From positions 1 through 64,000 of IMG/VR virus record IMGVR_UViG_3300012007_000013: DNA of 64,000 nt; one strand, written 5' to 3'. Below are positions 18,799 through 29,409 of this stretch, piece by piece. The translations under genes and the position numbers were made by a program. The DNA is from a virus. Its lineage: Duplodnaviria; Caudoviricetes. How positions within the stretch are numbered: the stretch's first letter is position 1; every line of letters starts with the position of its first letter. The notes below the pieces were generated by a model. That model did no database searches and was not told the DNA's origin. It saw nothing but the letters and a program-made list of their open reading frames with translations.

Positions 18799-20052
18799 AT
18801 GTCAGCACATAAATCCCCCGATTTTACCGAGTCCTCGTTCTTCAACATTTGGAGCGAGGATGGTCGCACCGTTGTCACTGAGATTCTGAACAACCCCGAC
18901 CTCATCGAACTTAACAACTATTCCGCATGGCGTCAGGACTTCGCCATCGACCCCGAAATCACCAAGCACGACAGCAACGGCTCTGCCATCGTCAACGCTC
19001 TTATGCGTGAAGTGGAAGTCGGCGTGATGTCCGATATGCGTGCGCCTCTCGGCGACTCGCTGCCTGTCAAGCAGGGTAACGCCAAGGGCTACACCGTGCC
19101 CATTGCCCACTTCACGACCCGTCACTTCCACGAGACCAAGACTACGATGATGGACAAGAAAGAGCGTTATGAGGCACTCCGCGACGCCTACGGCGAATAC
19201 GACGCCCAGTTGCTCGCTTCCTACGCCGAACGCGTTCAGACGTTCATCGACGGTATGAACATGACCCTCACCAATATGGGTGAGCAGCTGATGACCAACG
19301 GATACGTGTACTACGACAAGGGTGCCGGTATCCACGCTGGTATCCATCAGGCTCCCATCCCCGCCAAGAACTTTCTCAAGGCTTGTATGTACAAGGTTTC
19401 CAGCGGCACCGAGGTTCAGACCACTTGGGCGGACACCGACGCTCTCTTCATCGACTCCATCAACCGTCTGACCGATATGATTAACGAGCGTCTCGGTCTG
19501 AATCTGAGATGGCAGTTGGACGTCACCAAGGACGAATGGGACAACTACATTATGAAGAACAAACAAGTTCTTACCACGATGTTCATGCGTGCCAACCCAA
19601 ACATCCTTAGCCAAAACCAGATGGACTTCGCTTCGGCTGGCTACTCGTTCGACGATGCTCAGGTTATGACGATGCTCAACAGCCGCCTGCGCCGCTGCGT
19701 CATCTTCGTGCATGACTCCGCACAGCACGACGCCATCGAGGGTGTTGTCCGTGGATGGAAGTCCAATGTCGCCACCCTGCGTCCCCTCGGTCGCGCTGGT
19801 ATGATGCGCCATACCGACATCATCGACGCCCAGTGGTTCGACGACCGCTACTCAAACCCTGCCATCAAGGACTTCTACGTCCCTGCTCTCGGCGGTTTGG
19901 GATACCTCAACAACACCATCTGGCCGAGCGGACGCGACCTCGAGTATCGTACCCGCTACATCTACTCGACCACGCCGTCGCTCGACGAGTTCCTGTACCA
20001 TTTCATTATGACCACCAACGTTGCCAGCGATAACGGCACCTGGTACGAATAA
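18799..20052 (+). CDS. Major capsid protein
   Basis: 417 aa, strongest codon bias in the window, position in the head operon. Confidence 0.75.
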   Translation: MSAHKSPDFTESSFFNIWSEDGRTVVTEILNNPDLIELNNYSAWRQDFAIDPEITKHDSNGSAIVNALMREVEVGVMSDMRAPLGDSLPVKQGNAKGYTVPIAHFTTRHFHETKTTMMDKKERYEALRDAYGEYDAQLLASYAERVQTFIDGMNMTLTNMGEQLMTNGYVYYDKGAGIHAGIHQAPIPAKNFLKACMYKVSSGTEVQTTWADTDALFIDSINRLTDMINERLGLNLRWQLDVTKDEWDNYIMKNKQVLTTMFMRANPNILSQNQMDFASAGYSFDDAQVMTMLNSRLRRCVIFVHDSAQHDAIEGVVRGWKSNVATLRPLGRAGMMRHTDIIDAQWFDDRYSNPAIKDFYVPALGGLGYLNNTIWPSGRDLEYRTRYIYSTTPSLDEFLYHFIMTTNVASDNGTWYE

Positions 20053-20071
20053 ACACTAAAAGTAGACGAAA

Positions 20072-20443
20072 ATGGCTGTCATAGAGTTCGACATCTTACA
20101 GTACATGAGCGGTCTCACCGGTTTCACCTTTGACAAGGCGGTGCTTACACGCATCGCCTTGAAAAGAGGTGTTGCCAACGTCACGGAATACGAGGAACTG
20201 ACTGAGAAGCAAGAAGACCTGATTACCGCTGACCTTCTGCTGACCGCTTACCTTTCTCCCACAACTTGGGCATCGTTCAACCAGTCCCACGGCTCTTACA
20301 AGAAGGGTGTCGGGTCGCAGACGATGTACAACAAGGAGGAGATACTGGAGTGGCTCAGGGGAATCTACAACAAGTACGAGGACCCGATGCTCGATAAGGT
20401 GCCGGACAACTCCGCCAAAGTTTTCTTCCGAAATGACATCTAA
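20072..20443 (+). CDS. Head-tail adaptor-like protein
   Basis: Small helical protein directly after the MCP. Confidence 0.55.
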   Translation: MAVIEFDILQYMSGLTGFTFDKAVLTRIALKRGVANVTEYEELTEKQEDLITADLLLTAYLSPTTWASFNQSHGSYKKGVGSQTMYNKEEILEWLRGIYNKYEDPMLDKVPDNSAKVFFRNDI

Positions 20444-20457
20444 TAATTAGAGAACCA

Positions 20458-20856
20458 ATGGCATACATCGACAGGGACGAATTACAGGACTATCCTTTCG
20501 AGGGTGAGTTTTACCGCTCGGTGAACAATCCTTCTTCGCTTCTGAACTCACAGACGGAGGAGATTATCGCCAAGGTGGTATGCGACATTCAGGAGGATGC
20601 CAACTTCCGCGCGACAGCGACTGCGAAAGCGGTCTACGCCGTGTATGTTCCTTTCGACAGCGACACCGACGTCGTTCCCGTGCAGCGAGGCAATATGTTC
20701 AGAGGCTACCAATACGGGCTGCTTGTGGCTGGCAAGGTCATAGGCGTTTTCCCGTCACAGTTGGGGACCTTCGACAACTACACCGAGCGAGGGGATGACG
20801 TGGTGCCGCACCGATGCCGTGGTTATCTTGCAAGGGTGGAGGCTACTGACGTATGA
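20458..20856 (+). CDS. Head-closure-like protein
   Basis: Synteny; beta-rich. Confidence 0.5.
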   Translation: MAYIDRDELQDYPFEGEFYRSVNNPSSLLNSQTEEIIAKVVCDIQEDANFRATATAKAVYAVYVPFDSDTDVVPVQRGNMFRGYQYGLLVAGKVIGVFPSQLGTFDNYTERGDDVVPHRCRGYLARVEATDV

Positions 20857-21485
20857 TTGGCGGTATCTTTCTTGAAATCCCATTCGGTGATATTTACCAT
20901 GTGGAATCTGTCTCTCGTATCAGGACAAACATCAATAAATTGTTTGGATATTCAGACAATTATTTCACAAAAGGTAATATGGATAAACAAATAGTTAGTC
21001 AGATATTGAAGATTGGGAGGGAAGATATATCGCGCCATCTTAGTACAGTTAGGAAAGATTACCAACACAGGTCTTCTGACCTAATCAGAAGCACCGTTCT
21101 TGGAGTTTTCAAAGACAGAAAGTGGACAAAGGACTACTACCGCTTTGACAGCAAACAGCCGGAGGAAGCGCCGCCGCTGCGCCCTCACGACGATTGGGAT
21201 TTAGACCAACGTGCAGTTGAATTTTTGAGCGAATATAAACTACATTATACAGGCTCTCGATTCACAGCAGTAATTGCAGCCACTGCCCCTTATGCGGTAA
21301 GGGTGGAGTCTACAAATTGGACGTGGGACTACCCGGGCTATGCACTTGCTGTTCTAAAGTATGGTATCAACAGAATAGGTGGCGCTTTGATGAAAGCAAG
21401 ACCCGATTCCGCAAAAGGTAGTGCAATGTACGGATATATATTTGAGACAACAGGAACGTCACAGATACAGAAAAACGGATTGTAA
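20853..21485 (+). CDS. HK97 gp10-like neck/tail component
   Basis: YQHRSSDLIRS and VIAATAPYAVRVE motifs; synteny. Confidence 0.5.
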   Translation: MIGGIFLEIPFGDIYHVESVSRIRTNINKLFGYSDNYFTKGNMDKQIVSQILKIGREDISRHLSTVRKDYQHRSSDLIRSTVLGVFKDRKWTKDYYRFDSKQPEEAPPLRPHDDWDLDQRAVEFLSEYKLHYTGSRFTAVIAATAPYAVRVESTNWTWDYPGYALAVLKYGINRIGGALMKARPDSAKGSAMYGYIFETTGTSQIQKNGL

Positions 21486-21886
21486 TGAATGAACTGAACA
21501 GAAACGCAAACACGTCGAACGTCGAAGAGTACCTATACCAAGCCTTGTGGGGCAAGGTATCAGACCACGTTTTTGCAGGAACGTTGCCCACGACAGTAGG
21601 CGGCAACTGGAACGATATGGTGCTCATAGACTGCGACCTGCCGATGGCTGACTACGGCCCGTACAGCAGTGCGACAGTCTACATTTTCCTCTATGCGAGA
21701 CCAAACCCAGACGGAACGAAAAACGTTCCGCTTCTCGCACAGATGGAGAATAAATTATGCGACGTGCTTGACAGCATCTCTAATGCTCACTACTCCGTGA
21801 ACCGACTGTCCAACGGTGCCGACTACGACACTACATTGCAGTGGCACCGAAATTTCGTCTACTTTTCATTAACAATATCTTGCTAA
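21485..21886 (+). CDS. Tail completion/terminator-like protein
   Basis: Synteny before the tail tube gene. Confidence 0.5.
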   Translation: MNELNRNANTSNVEEYLYQALWGKVSDHVFAGTLPTTVGGNWNDMVLIDCDLPMADYGPYSSATVYIFLYARPNPDGTKNVPLLAQMENKLCDVLDSISNAHYSVNRLSNGADYDTTLQWHRNFVYFSLTISC

Positions 21887-21919
21887 AAAAATAATCAATA
21901 AAATAAGAAAGGAAAAACA

Positions 21920-22612
21920 ATGGCTTCACAACTTAAAAAAACAAACGCAAACCAGCGTAGATTTCAAGACCCCATTGCAATGTTTGTCACGCCTTATGGG
22001 TATGACGCAGACATGAATCTGAATCTTGGCGAAATCACGTATGACATCCACGACATCGTTGGAGACACCATTTCGCTGACGCAGGACGACCCAGACAAGA
22101 CCGAAATCTCTTGGGAGTTTGGTGACGACCCTCTGGATACCAACGTCAATGCTGGCGCCAAGAACTTCACGTGCCAGTGCTTGGACTTCCAAGACGACAT
22201 CTTGAAGGCTCTCTTTGGCTGCAAGATTCTGAATGGGGCAACCATTTGGCCGACTGGCTACGAAGACCTCTACGTCTACATCCGCGTGGTGTTTGACAAA
22301 TTCGACCTGGTTCTTCCCTATGTTAAGATGGACTCCAAGACGACCCTCGAAAACATGCGTTCAGACATCGCCCGCGGTGAACTTTCCGGCACTCTGATGT
22401 CAAAGGAAATCACCATTGCTGGTCTTCCGACAAGTGACGGACAGCAGGCTCCTTCTGGCACCAACAAAACGTCTGCTAACACCGCTGAGACCCCGATGGC
22501 TATATTGCCGAACTCGGATACCAACGCAAAAGCCGCTTACATTACCAATATCAGTGGTACTGGTTCTTCGGCCACCACTTCGTTGGTCTGCGACTACCGC
22601 GATGTTGAATAA
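21920..22612 (+). CDS. Major tail tube protein
   Basis: Synteny; shares DIVGDTISLTQ / FTCQCLDFQD with the next gene. Confidence 0.65.
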   Translation: MASQLKKTNANQRRFQDPIAMFVTPYGYDADMNLNLGEITYDIHDIVGDTISLTQDDPDKTEISWEFGDDPLDTNVNAGAKNFTCQCLDFQDDILKALFGCKILNGATIWPTGYEDLYVYIRVVFDKFDLVLPYVKMDSKTTLENMRSDIARGELSGTLMSKEITIAGLPTSDGQQAPSGTNKTSANTAETPMAILPNSDTNAKAAYITNISGTGSSATTSLVCDYRDVE

Positions 22613-22641
22613 ACATCAAAAAAACTCTTCATTACAAATGG

Positions 22642-22672
22642 GAAAGGGAATGGTCGAGTACCATTCCCTTTC
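22642..22672 (+). terminator. Intrinsic terminator between the tail tube paralogs
   Basis: GAAAGGGAATGGT-CGAGT-ACCATTCCCTTTC followed by a T-rich tail. Confidence 0.8.
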
Positions 22673-22692
22673 TTTCTTAAAAAAAATAGATT

Positions 22693-23469
22693 ATGTCATT
22701 GATTGAGACAAAAACAGGACGAAAATACTTCCGCAAGACGGAGTCGATGATGCTGGTGCCGTATGTTTACGACGACAGCGACGAAGTGAACGACTACGTT
22801 CTCGGGAGTGACGTCTATGATATATCTGCTGTCATTGGTGACAGCATCACTCTTGAACAGAAAGACGGCGACGTCGATGAGAAATTCAACGAGTTTGTAC
22901 GCACACCGATAGTGCGCAATGTTACTGCAGGTTCATACGATTTCACGGCACAGTGCCTTGACTTGCAGGACAAGATTCTGAAATCTCTTTTCTGTGCATA
23001 TACTGCAAGCGGTGCGACAGGTGTTGTGCAAGGTGTCGTCGCTATGCCTGACGACTATCAATTGCAGTATGTCATGATACGCATACGTTTCAAGGACGCG
23101 AGCCTTTCTGACATCGTACTTCCGAAGGTCCAGATGAACAGCAATATTCTCTTGCAGCAGATGAAGTCGAGAGGTTCGCAGGGGAATGTCAGCGGCACGG
23201 CATTGTCTCAAAGGGTGGCTGTCATCGACATAGGCGACGCGGCGCCTATGGTATTGCAGTTCGGCTCGGGTTCGGTCGGAGAGTCCACGTTCGTTCCTGT
23301 TACGCCTGTTTTGTTTGTGCCTCGCGGATACACGCCTATGGTGCTTCATCACGAGGATGATGCAGACGATAACAAATACGTTTTTTCCACCGTCAATTTC
23401 TCAACAGGCTCGGTGGCTCACAACACTGTTGTTAATATCGAGGACGGGAGTTACGAAACATTGTCGTGA
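22693..23469 (+). CDS. Second tail-tube-like paralog
   Basis: AVIGDSITLEQ, FTAQCLDLQD and IVLPKVQMNS align with 21920..22612. Confidence 0.6.
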   Translation: MSLIETKTGRKYFRKTESMMLVPYVYDDSDEVNDYVLGSDVYDISAVIGDSITLEQKDGDVDEKFNEFVRTPIVRNVTAGSYDFTAQCLDLQDKILKSLFCAYTASGATGVVQGVVAMPDDYQLQYVMIRIRFKDASLSDIVLPKVQMNSNILLQQMKSRGSQGNVSGTALSQRVAVIDIGDAAPMVLQFGSGSVGESTFVPVTPVLFVPRGYTPMVLHHEDDADDNKYVFSTVNFSTGSVAHNTVVNIEDGSYETLS

Positions 23470-23518
23470 CCATAAGCAAAAAAATCGTATCTTTGCACTG
23501 AATTAAAACTTTAAGTAA

Positions 23519-24064
23519 ATGGCTATAATCAAGTCACAATCAAAAGTAAAGCAACAGATTAAAGAGCAGCAGAGGAAAGAACTGCTCGTTAGCGAAGAGG
23601 CGCAGAACCGCCTTGCCGAAATACTTGCTGACGCTCCGTCGATAGAGAAACTCGCAGGCACAGAATGGGAGATGCGCCCGCTACGTTTCGGAACGCAGTA
23701 CCTTATCGTCGAAGAGGTTTGCAAAATCAACCAGGCGGAGAGCGCCACCTACGGCGATGTTCTGAAAGGGATGCTCGCACAGATACCTGCCACCTGCAAG
23801 GTGCTGACGCTTGCCCTGCTCAACGACAAGAACAGCATCTATCAGAACGGCGACCCCAACCAAGGGTTCAGCAAACTCTTCAACAAGACCTACAACACCG
23901 TCCTTTGGGAGGCTGACAGGAACGACCTTGCAAAGATTATGCTCGACTGCTTGCAGATGGTGGATGTCAGTTTTTTTATGGAGGCTCTGGGTATGCTCCA
24001 GATATTCAGAGCGAGCGTTACGGAGAAGAAAAGGACGAGGATAAAGAAAACAGGACAGAAGTAG
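23519..24064 (+). CDS. Tail assembly chaperone (G-like)
   Basis: Between tube genes and tape measure; -7 box TATCTTTG at 23488. Confidence 0.65.
   Translation: MAIIKSQSKVKQQIKEQQRKELLVSEEAQNRLAEILADAPSIEKLAGTEWEMRPLRFGTQYLIVEEVCKINQAESATYGDVLKGMLAQIPATCKVLTLALLNDKNSIYQNGDPNQGFSKLFNKTYNTVLWEADRNDLAKIMLDCLQMVDVSFFMEALGMLQIFRASVTEKKRTRIKKTGQK
23971..23977 (+). promoter_or_regulatory. -1 programmed frameshift slippery site T TTT TTT
   Basis: In the 0 frame AGT TTT TTT ATG; the -1 frame is open from here to 24318. Confidence 0.65.
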
Positions 24065-24093
24065 TCCGCTCCGTAAGCGAAATTGGAGACATA

Positions 24094-24318
24094 GTGGACT
24101 TCCTCAAAGCCAACCCGTTTATGACGATGGATGATTACCTTTGGAAGTACAGCATACCGATGATAAAGATAATGGGGATGGACAATTCCCACGTCAATTA
24201 CCTCAGTGAGAATGAGGCGAAGAACAGAGGCGTGAAGAACGTCGATGTCAACAATATGAGCGTGGAAGAGTTGAACAACGACCTTGGGGTCAAAATCAAA
24301 TTTCCTAACGAACAATAA
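24094..24318 (+). CDS. Tail assembly chaperone C-terminal (T-like) segment
   Basis: -1 frame relative to 23519; directly before the tape measure gene. Confidence 0.6.
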   Translation: MDFLKANPFMTMDDYLWKYSIPMIKIMGMDNSHVNYLSENEAKNRGVKNVDVNNMSVEELNNDLGVKIKFPNEQ

Positions 24319-24337
24319 ATCATAAAGATATACCGAT

Positions 24338-27300
24338 ATGGCAGACAACGTCAGCGACCAGATAAAGAATTTCGACCAGTCGATTAAAGACGCAGATAAG
24401 TCGTTAAAAAATCTGTTGGATACATATAATAAGTTTGAAGCGAAGGCAAACGCTCCCACCGACAAGGGGTTTAAGATGCTGCACGACACCGCTACACGTG
24501 GAAGTGAACAATTTACGAGCGCACAAAACAAGGCGAAGAAATCGGTTGAGAAAACCACAAGTAGCATAAAAGAACAAAAAGGTTCTCTAGAATCTATGCT
24601 TCCCACCCTCCGCCGCCTTGCCTCCGCATTCGGTGTGGCGTTTTCTGTGCAGGGGCTTGTGAACTTCGGCAAGAAACTTGTCGAAACGAGAGGCGAGTTT
24701 GAGTTGCAGCAGGTCGCTATGCGTTCTATCTTGCAGAACAAGCAACTTGCCGACGAGATTTGGGACAAGACAATGCAGGCGGCATTGCAGTCTCCGTTCA
24801 CCGCTATGCAGTTGACAAAGTACACGAAGCAGTTGGCTGCATACCGTATCGAGACAGACAAACTCTTCGACACAACCAAGCGACTTGCAGATGTGTCGGC
24901 TGGTCTTGGCGTCGATATGCAACGCCTTATCCTTGCCTATGGACAGGTGAAGGCTGCAAACTATCTACGTGCGTCTGAAATCCGTCAGTTCACAGAGGCG
25001 GGCGTGAACATTCTCGGTGAATTATCAACATACCTGTCAAAGACAAGAGGCGAAATGATTTCGACCGCACAGGTGATGGATATGGTTCAGAAGAGGATGG
25101 TGACTTTTGAGGACGTTGAAGCCATATTCAAGAGGATGACCGATGAAGGCGGCATATTCTATAATATGCAATACGTTCAGTCGCAGACAGTCAAAGGTCA
25201 GATAAATAAACTGCACGACGCCTACGACCAAATGTTGAACAGTATAGGTAAGGGGAATGAGGGCGTTTTAAAAGATGTCGTCGCTGCATTAAACAACATT
25301 GTACAAAACTGGAGATATTGGGCTGCTGCAATAAAGTCGATTGCATTTGGCACTATTATAGCAAGTCTCACAAAGTTGGGCGTTACACTAACAGGGGTTA
25401 ATGTTGCGGGAATTGCAGCTGGCAAAGGAATGACAAAACTTGCAGGTGGGGTCAAGGCTCTTGGTGTTGCTTTAAAAGGCAACTGGCTTACACTTGCAAT
25501 AGGGGCTGTCGTATCTCTCGCAGCAGAGTTGTACAACCTCAACAAGAGAATGAAAGCCGTCAATGCTGAAATTGACGAGCAGAATCTTAATTTATTTGAG
25601 ACAAAGGAGAGACTTGAAGGATACCAGACGGCAATAGAAAAGAACAACAAGGCGTTAGAGGGTAGCACTGGGAACGAAGAGAAACTAAAGAAGAAAAGAG
25701 AAGAGAACGCTGAAATACTCGCAAAACTAAAAAATGATTACCCCCAACTTGCCGAGGGGATGGAGATGCAGAAGAACGGCGTTATTGACCTTACCGATGC
25801 CCTTAAAAAAGAGAATGAGGAGTTGGAAAGGCAAATAACGCTTAATAGCTTGATGAAGCAGTCGTCAATATTTGACGAAAATTTGACGAAAGATGCGCAG
25901 GATTTGTCCAAGGCTTACATTAACCAACAGCAACAAATTATTGCTGCGAGGGCACAGGCTCGCAGTTTAATGGTGCAATTAAAGCAAAGGGGGGCAGAAG
26001 GGTCTAATCAATATGACATATTAAAGCAAATTTCAGAGATAAATCCAGACGATTTGCAAAAGGCATACAAGAGGCTAATAGAATTAAGGCATCTCCTTTA
26101 TAATGATATATATACACTTAATGGGAAACAACCTGCCCCAGGAACATACCAACCTCTTGAAGATTATTATAGAAATTATTTGAGAGGAATTTCTAATGTA
26201 TCGGGTTCAGAGAAAGAACTAGGTGACGAGTTTAATAAATTAGGTGAATATATTGGATATGAGTTGGAGAAAGGATTGGAGTCTGAATACAAAGAAGAGA
26301 TAGAGAAATCAGGACTTTCTACGTTACAATGGTACGCACTTAACGTAAACAAAGTACAAAAAGATATAGACGATGGTGTTGTAGATATTTATAGGTTTTT
26401 ACGGGATTCGCTGGAGAAAAACGGACAGGCTCAAGGACCCGGTATGCAGACTTTTTGGAATAATATAGTAAAGACAAACTATATTGACCCTTATTTTAAG
26501 GCGTGGAAAGTCGGTATGGAAGAATTAGAAGCGGGTGGATGGCGTTTTCCAATGGCATTACCGACTGAGAGCGGTATGCCAAATATCTTTGCAACGCCCA
26601 AGAAAGGTGGTGATACTTCCGAAACCATAATAAAAGATGATGACGGCTCAAAAGCCAAGAAAAACGCTTCAAGGTTGATTTCTCTCATCCGTGAGATGCG
26701 TGCTGAATACGACAAGTTGTCGAAGTCGGCTTACGGCTATGCAAAGAGCGAGGAGAAGGTAAGGACGAGTTTCGCAAAATCCTATGAGGCAATATTAAAA
26801 GAGGCTGGTGTACCGGAAAATTTTGACTTTAGTACGAATGCTGGAGAAATTGCTGCATTAGAAAAGGTTCGTGATTATGTAAAAGGCAACGCTAAATTTG
26901 CAGAAGATGCGTGGAAAGATGTCCAAAAGGTTATCGACCAATTAAAAACCGAATCCGAAATTGAAGTTCAAGTCCGCATCCGCGAGGACTTCGGTCGTCA
27001 GATGGAGGAGGCTTTCGGGAATTACGAACTCACGCTCGAGTTGCAAAAACTCAATCTTCCGAAAGGACTTGCCTCCGAGATGTGGGGTATCGAAGAAACG
27101 GACTTGCAAGACTTACGCGCAAGACTGAGTGAAATGTATAACGGCCTCCGCGACGAGAATGGACAACTGTATACAGACGCCTTTAAAGATTACGAGAAAT
27201 TCCTCAACAAGATTGACGAACTTGAAAGAAAGCAGCAGAGAGAGAGATTGAAGGACTATGCCAAATACCTCGAGACACAGTATAGCGACAGGGTGAAGAT

Positions 27301-29398
27301 TGAGATGGAATACATTCAGAAACTCTCCCGTCTTGAGGCAGAAACGGCAATACCCGAGGCACAGAAGTCCGCTATCCGAGAGGGTCTGAGGAAGGAGTTT
27401 GACGAGAAATCGCGCAAGCAAGACTGGGAGGATTTCAAAGGCTCAGAGTTTTATGTCGAGATGATGGAGGACTTGGAGAAGCAGGGCACGGCATCCCTTG
27501 AAGTTATGCGCAAGAAACTCCTTGAAATGAGGGCAAATGCTGAAAATCTTTCCCCGAGGGCGCTGAAAGAAGTTGTGAATGCCCTTGAAAAGATTGACGA
27601 GATTGAACGCAAGAGAACACAACCTTTAAAGAGGGTTAGAGATGCTCAAAAGGCGTTGGAGGGGGTGAATATGAAAGAGGTGTATGAGGAACTTGCGATA
27701 AACCAAGAGCAACTTGCCTTGAGCGAGGAGCAAGAGCGCAGTATGGAGCGTGCGATTATGCTCATACAGAAAAGAAACGAACTCGAGAAACAGGGTTACA
27801 CCATAGAGGAAGCAAGGGTTCGCCTTTCGCAGGCAAATCAGGCTCGTGACTTTGCTCAATCGGCTCTTGATGCGTTCAAATCTGACGGCTCAAAGGAGGC
27901 CCAAGACAATCTTGCAACATTGGAGCAGGTTTTGAATAAAGCAAAGGCAGACGTCGAGAAGTGGCAGGAAATTGTCAATATACTGTCAGGAAAGGCAGTC
28001 ATCGACGAACAAGCGAAAGGGAATAACTATACAACTCTCGGTCTCAGTGAGTTGCAGGAACGCAGAAAGAATATAAAGCAATCTATCAAGGATTTAGAGG
28101 GCGTAATTGGGAAAGAAGAGGAACTTGCAAAACTCAACAAAGAACTGAACGACGCTTGGGATGCAACCTATGAGGCAATCAAGGGTTGGGCGTCATCTGT
28201 ACAAAACGTATTCGATGGCGTTATGGACAATGTGGACTACTTCTCTGATTCAACATACGGCATGGTAACTGCTTGGAAGGAATTTGGGGATACATCCGTG
28301 TCAGCATTAAACGACCTCGTGAGCGGCATTCAGGCGTACAGAAAGGCAAACGCGGAGGCTGAGAAAGACAATGCAGCGACAGGTTTATTTACTGCAAACG
28401 GACTACAACTCGCCCTTGTTGTATTGGGCGTTCTTATGAAAATTGTGCAAGCCATAGCAAAGCAGCACGACGCGGCGCTTGACAAGCAGATACAGAAGCA
28501 GCAGGAACGCATCGACGCCCTCAAAGACGCCTATGCCCGCCTCGAGAAGCAGATTGAGAAAACTTGGAGCAGCGTGTCCTATATGCAGACCTACGAGCAA
28601 CAGGTGCAGAACATACGAGAGCAGATTGACGCTATGGAGGCACAGATGCGTGCGGAAGAAGCGAAGAAGAATACCGACGACAATGCTGTCCGTCAGTACC
28701 AGCGCGACATACAGGACGCTTACGACCAACTTGATGAGTTGGAGCAGAAGTCCATCGAGGTGTTCGGTGGCATCGGCGAAGAGGGGTATCGTAGTGCCGC
28801 AGAGGGTTTCGTCGAGGCTTGGAAGTCGGCATTCTTGGAGACGGGTGACGGACTGCAAGGTCTGCAAGACCACTTCGACGAGTTCCTACAAGACTGGTTT
28901 ACCAAACAAGCAACGATGCTTATTGCAAGAAAATATTTGGACACGATGTTTGACCAAATAGATGCAGCGGTGAATAAAAATGGTCGTGGAGGAGTGGAAG
29001 TTGCATGGGACGAGATACAAGACATAATGGATACGGCGACATCACAGTTCCCTGCATTTTCTGCCGAGTTGGAGGAATTTTTCCGTAGATTTGGCGGTTT
29101 CGGAGAAGGCTCTCTCAGTGGTCTCGCCGCAGGTATCCAAGGTATGACGGAGGAGCAGGCAAACATCCTCGAAGCCTATTGGAACAGCGTCCGCATGTAC
29201 ACGGCAAGCATTGACCAAAATGTTGCCATGATTGCATCCGCGCTCGGTGTTGGCGGCAATTCGCCGTCGACAAACCCTCAACTTCAACAATTACAGTTGA
29301 TAGCAGCAAACACACAGGCGACGCACCAACTGCTGCAAAGCGTTACAAGAAGCGGTCACTCGCTCGGCGGATATGGTATCAAGGTGTTTAACGATTAA
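24338..29398 (+). CDS. Tape measure protein
   Basis: 1686 aa helical protein; N-terminal tape-measure domain (QSPFTAMQLTKYTKQLAAY...LILAYGQVKA). Confidence 0.9.
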   Translation: MADNVSDQIKNFDQSIKDADKSLKNLLDTYNKFEAKANAPTDKGFKMLHDTATRGSEQFTSAQNKAKKSVEKTTSSIKEQKGSLESMLPTLRRLASAFGVAFSVQGLVNFGKKLVETRGEFELQQVAMRSILQNKQLADEIWDKTMQAALQSPFTAMQLTKYTKQLAAYRIETDKLFDTTKRLADVSAGLGVDMQRLILAYGQVKAANYLRASEIRQFTEAGVNILGELSTYLSKTRGEMISTAQVMDMVQKRMVTFEDVEAIFKRMTDEGGIFYNMQYVQSQTVKGQINKLHDAYDQMLNSIGKGNEGVLKDVVAALNNIVQNWRYWAAAIKSIAFGTIIASLTKLGVTLTGVNVAGIAAGKGMTKLAGGVKALGVALKGNWLTLAIGAVVSLAAELYNLNKRMKAVNAEIDEQNLNLFETKERLEGYQTAIEKNNKALEGSTGNEEKLKKKREENAEILAKLKNDYPQLAEGMEMQKNGVIDLTDALKKENEELERQITLNSLMKQSSIFDENLTKDAQDLSKAYINQQQQIIAARAQARSLMVQLKQRGAEGSNQYDILKQISEINPDDLQKAYKRLIELRHLLYNDIYTLNGKQPAPGTYQPLEDYYRNYLRGISNVSGSEKELGDEFNKLGEYIGYELEKGLESEYKEEIEKSGLSTLQWYALNVNKVQKDIDDGVVDIYRFLRDSLEKNGQAQGPGMQTFWNNIVKTNYIDPYFKAWKVGMEELEAGGWRFPMALPTESGMPNIFATPKKGGDTSETIIKDDDGSKAKKNASRLISLIREMRAEYDKLSKSAYGYAKSEEKVRTSFAKSYEAILKEAGVPENFDFSTNAGEIAALEKVRDYVKGNAKFAEDAWKDVQKVIDQLKTESEIEVQVRIREDFGRQMEEAFGNYELTLELQKLNLPKGLASEMWGIEETDLQDLRARLSEMYNGLRDENGQLYTDAFKDYEKFLNKIDELERKQQRERLKDYAKYLETQYSDRVKIEMEYIQKLSRLEAETAIPEAQKSAIREGLRKEFDEKSRKQDWEDFKGSEFYVEMMEDLEKQGTASLEVMRKKLLEMRANAENLSPRALKEVVNALEKIDEIERKRTQPLKRVRDAQKALEGVNMKEVYEELAINQEQLALSEEQERSMERAIMLIQKRNELEKQGYTIEEARVRLSQANQARDFAQSALDAFKSDGSKEAQDNLATLEQVLNKAKADVEKWQEIVNILSGKAVIDEQAKGNNYTTLGLSELQERRKNIKQSIKDLEGVIGKEEELAKLNKELNDAWDATYEAIKGWASSVQNVFDGVMDNVDYFSDSTYGMVTAWKEFGDTSVSALNDLVSGIQAYRKANAEAEKDNAATGLFTANGLQLALVVLGVLMKIVQAIAKQHDAALDKQIQKQQERIDALKDAYARLEKQIEKTWSSVSYMQTYEQQVQNIREQIDAMEAQMRAEEAKKNTDDNAVRQYQRDIQDAYDQLDELEQKSIEVFGGIGEEGYRSAAEGFVEAWKSAFLETGDGLQGLQDHFDEFLQDWFTKQATMLIARKYLDTMFDQIDAAVNKNGRGGVEVAWDEIQDIMDTATSQFPAFSAELEEFFRRFGGFGEGSLSGLAAGIQGMTEEQANILEAYWNSVRMYTASIDQNVAMIASALGVGGNSPSTNPQLQQLQLIAANTQATHQLLQSVTRSGHSLGGYGIKVFND

Positions 29399-29409
29399 AA
29401 ATCAATACA

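Noticed and set aside
24338-29398. Apparent AT-richer middle segment of the tape measure gene as a foreign insertion
   Set aside because: The frame is continuous, I could not quantify the composition shift by eye, and mosaicism in tape measure genes is ordinary
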